From assembly GCA_963575745.1 (NCBI GenBank), contig CAUYUJ010000251.1:62001-116313 (forward strand): 54,313 bases of DNA, given 5' to 3'. Within the stretch, counting starts at the first letter, position 1. The number at the start of each line of letters is the position of its first letter. Source of the stretch: Prorocentrum cordatum. Taxonomy: Eukaryota. Of this stretch, positions 51,701 to 54,313 are shown piece by piece. The notes below the pieces were generated by a model. The model searched no databases, had not been told where the DNA came from, and saw nothing but the letters and a program-made list of their open reading frames with translations. A program made the position numbers and the translations under genes.

Positions 51701-53579
51701 TCATGTTCCCAGGGCCGCGCGCGCGGAGGCCGCCGCCGAGGTCCCCACCGCGGCCCCGACCGCCGCCTGCAGCGCGACCGCTGCCTCGCCCGCGGGAGGA
51801 GGAGCCTCGCCGGCCGGCCGCCAGGGCGCCGCCGCCGCCGCTGCTGCGGCGTCGCGCCATGCCATCGGCTCGGTGTTCCTGCGCCGCTTTCAACTGCGGA
51901 GCGCCAACTCCCTGAGCGCCGCTCGGGAGAAAAAACGGCTGAGGAGGAGGAGAAGGAGGAGGAGGAGGTGGAGGAGGAGGAGGGAAGGAGGGCGGGAGGG
52001 GAGAGGAGGAATGAGGGAGGAGGGAGGAGGGAGGAGAAGTAGAGGGAGGGGGAGGAGGGAGGAGGGAGGAGGGAGGAGGGACTGCGTGAATTGGACTGCG
52101 TGAAGCGAGGGTGCCCCTCGGGGCGCCCTTTGGGGCGGGTCCACCCAGGTGCGAGCGCCAACATCCACGCAGGGCCTCCGGGCCAGCGCAACGGGGTGGC
52201 GGGCGGCACCCCGAAGGGGCGCCCCAGGGGGGCAGCCGCTTGGGGCCATCCCTGGTGCACGCAACGCGCGACTCTTCTCTCTCGCGCACTCTGCCGTCCC
52301 CCCCCCCAATTCCCAGCGCTACCACCTGCCGATAGTCCCGATAAATTCTCCCAGAGGCGGCATGCTGACAGATGGGCCGGATGCCCGATGCGCCGTGTGG
52401 GCTGTCCCTCTTAGCCGTTCGATGGCGGTGGCGCCGGCACTCCCAAAACCACGGATAAGCCGGTACGGCTCAACAGAGCCGTACGATAGCGGATGGGCCG
52501 GCGCGCCCAAAAGAGCGGATGGGCGGCACGTCCTCCAGCCCACGGGGCACTTCCCCAAGACCTTGGGGCCCTCCCTGGTGCACGCAGCGCGCCACTCGCC
52601 TTTCGCGCACTCAACCGTGCACCCCCAGGGTTCTTCCCAGTGCAGCCTATCTGCCCATTACCCTATGACAAACCGCCCGGAGGCGGCATGCCGCCGGGTG
52701 GGCCGGATAGCCCTCACCCGCGGATGCGCTGGACAGGCCATGTAGTCTGTCACTCGCTGACAGGCCGCCTCTTGCCGCCGTACTGCCGATCAACCGTTCG
52801 ATAGCGGAGGGACCGGCATGCCCATTGGCGCGGGTACGCCGGCACGGCTTAGCAGAGCCGTACGATAGGGGATGAGCCAGCACGCCCCACAAAAGCGGAT
52901 GGTCGGCACGTCCAAAGACCACACCCCACATATGGGAGCATCCAGTCGGGCCCAGCTCCTCCAGAACCTGAGCAAAAACCATCGGGAAGATGGCTGTGGG
53001 GGGAAGGGAAGGGAGGGGGGCGAGGGAGGAGGGGGGGGGGACCGGGACGAGGGCGGGAAGGGGTGGGGGGAGGGTGGACGGCGCGCGGCCCCCGCGGTTC
53101 CTTTTACACAGGCGCCCCGCAGGCGTGGACGAAGGCCGCACACGCCAGACCCACGCACTGGGCCTTGCCCGCGAGCTCCGAGGCATCCGCCGTATCCGTG
53201 AGCGCCCACCCCGCCGAGGCGGGCGACGGGCTCCAGGCACGAGGGGCCGTGGGCCGCCAGGCCTCGGTAGATGGGCACTCCACCAGCAGGTGCTGCAGCC
53301 CTGCCTGCCCGCCGCGCAATGATGGGCACGCCTACGGCAAGCGACCCGCAGGGATCCCCCAGAAGCCGGCAGGCGCCTCGGCCGCAATCCGGGCCGCGCA
53401 CCACGCCCTGTGGAAGCGCCACATGGTCTTGCCCCAGAGGGCCCACCGCAGAGCCTCCGGCCACGCGCTGTGCAAGTGCAGCACTTCCGCTGGCGGGACA
53501 AGGCCTTCGTCGTTGAGGAGGGCCGGTTGCTCGCAGAACCATGTCCGCTCCGCTTCCCGAATCTTCGGGATGACAAGGA

Positions 53580-53887
53580 CGAGAAAGAGGACGAGATGAA
53601 GGAGGAGGAGGAGGAGGAGGATGATGATGATGATGAGGAAAATGAGGAGGAGGAAGATGAGGATGAGGATGATGAGAAGGAGGATGAGGAGGAGGAGGAA
53701 TAGCAGGAGGGGGCACGAGAAGCAGAAGGGAGCATGGAGGAGAAGGGATGAGGGGTAAGCGGGATGAGGAGTAGGGGGGGGTGTTGATGAGGAAGCTGAT
53801 GATGCGGAGCAGGCGGGATGAGGATAAGGATGAGGATAAGGATGAGGATGATGATGATGCTGCTGCTGCTGATGATGATGATGATGC

Positions 53888-53949
<62 letters not shown>

Positions 53950-54313
53950 TGATGATGATGATGATGAAGCTGATGATACTGATGATGATGAGGAGGAGGA
54001 GGAGGACGAGGAGGAGGAGGAGGAGGAGGAATAAGAGGAGACGGAGCAGGAGGAGGAGGGGAATGAGGATGAATGAGGATGAGTAGTAGAATGAGGAGGA
54101 GGAGCAGGTGGTGGAGGAGAAGGAGGAGAAGGAGGGACGGAAGGAGGCGGAGGAGGCGGAGGAGGAGAAGGCGGATGAAACTAGGGAGGAGGAAGAGGAG
54201 GACGAGGACGAGGACGGGGAGGAGGAGGATGAGGAGGAGGAGGCGGAGGAGGAGGAGCAAGAGGAGGAGGAGGAGGAGGGGGAGGAGGAGGAGGAGGAGG
54301 AGCAGGAGCAGGA
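53580..54313. repeat. (GGA)n/(GAT)n compound microsatellite running to the window end
   Basis: Read directly. Confidence 0.93.

Overview
Repeat-dominated, GC-rich eukaryotic genomic DNA. A dinoflagellate-like (Prorocentrum-type) origin is inferred from the repeat and retroelement style but cannot be proven from this window. No intact host gene, rRNA, tRNA or CRISPR array is supported, and most ORFs in the track are microsatellite artefacts. The window contains large simple-repeat tracts, 152-bp and 102-bp satellites, several dispersed repeats, four LINE remnants and one complete LTR element. Three observations stand out. (1) A LINE at 32675-35778 (-) ends in an RNase H domain whose four catalytic carboxylates are all present but in circularly permuted order. 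(2) A 3.05-kb gag-only LTR retroelement at 21162-24214 (-) has paired LTRs, a 5-bp TSD, a copia-type PBS, a PPT and a CCCH finger, but no pol. (3) Two satellite-carrying elements with matching hairpin ends sit between (CTA)n tracts (6345-8038 and 8734-11588). All alignments and counts were done by eye.
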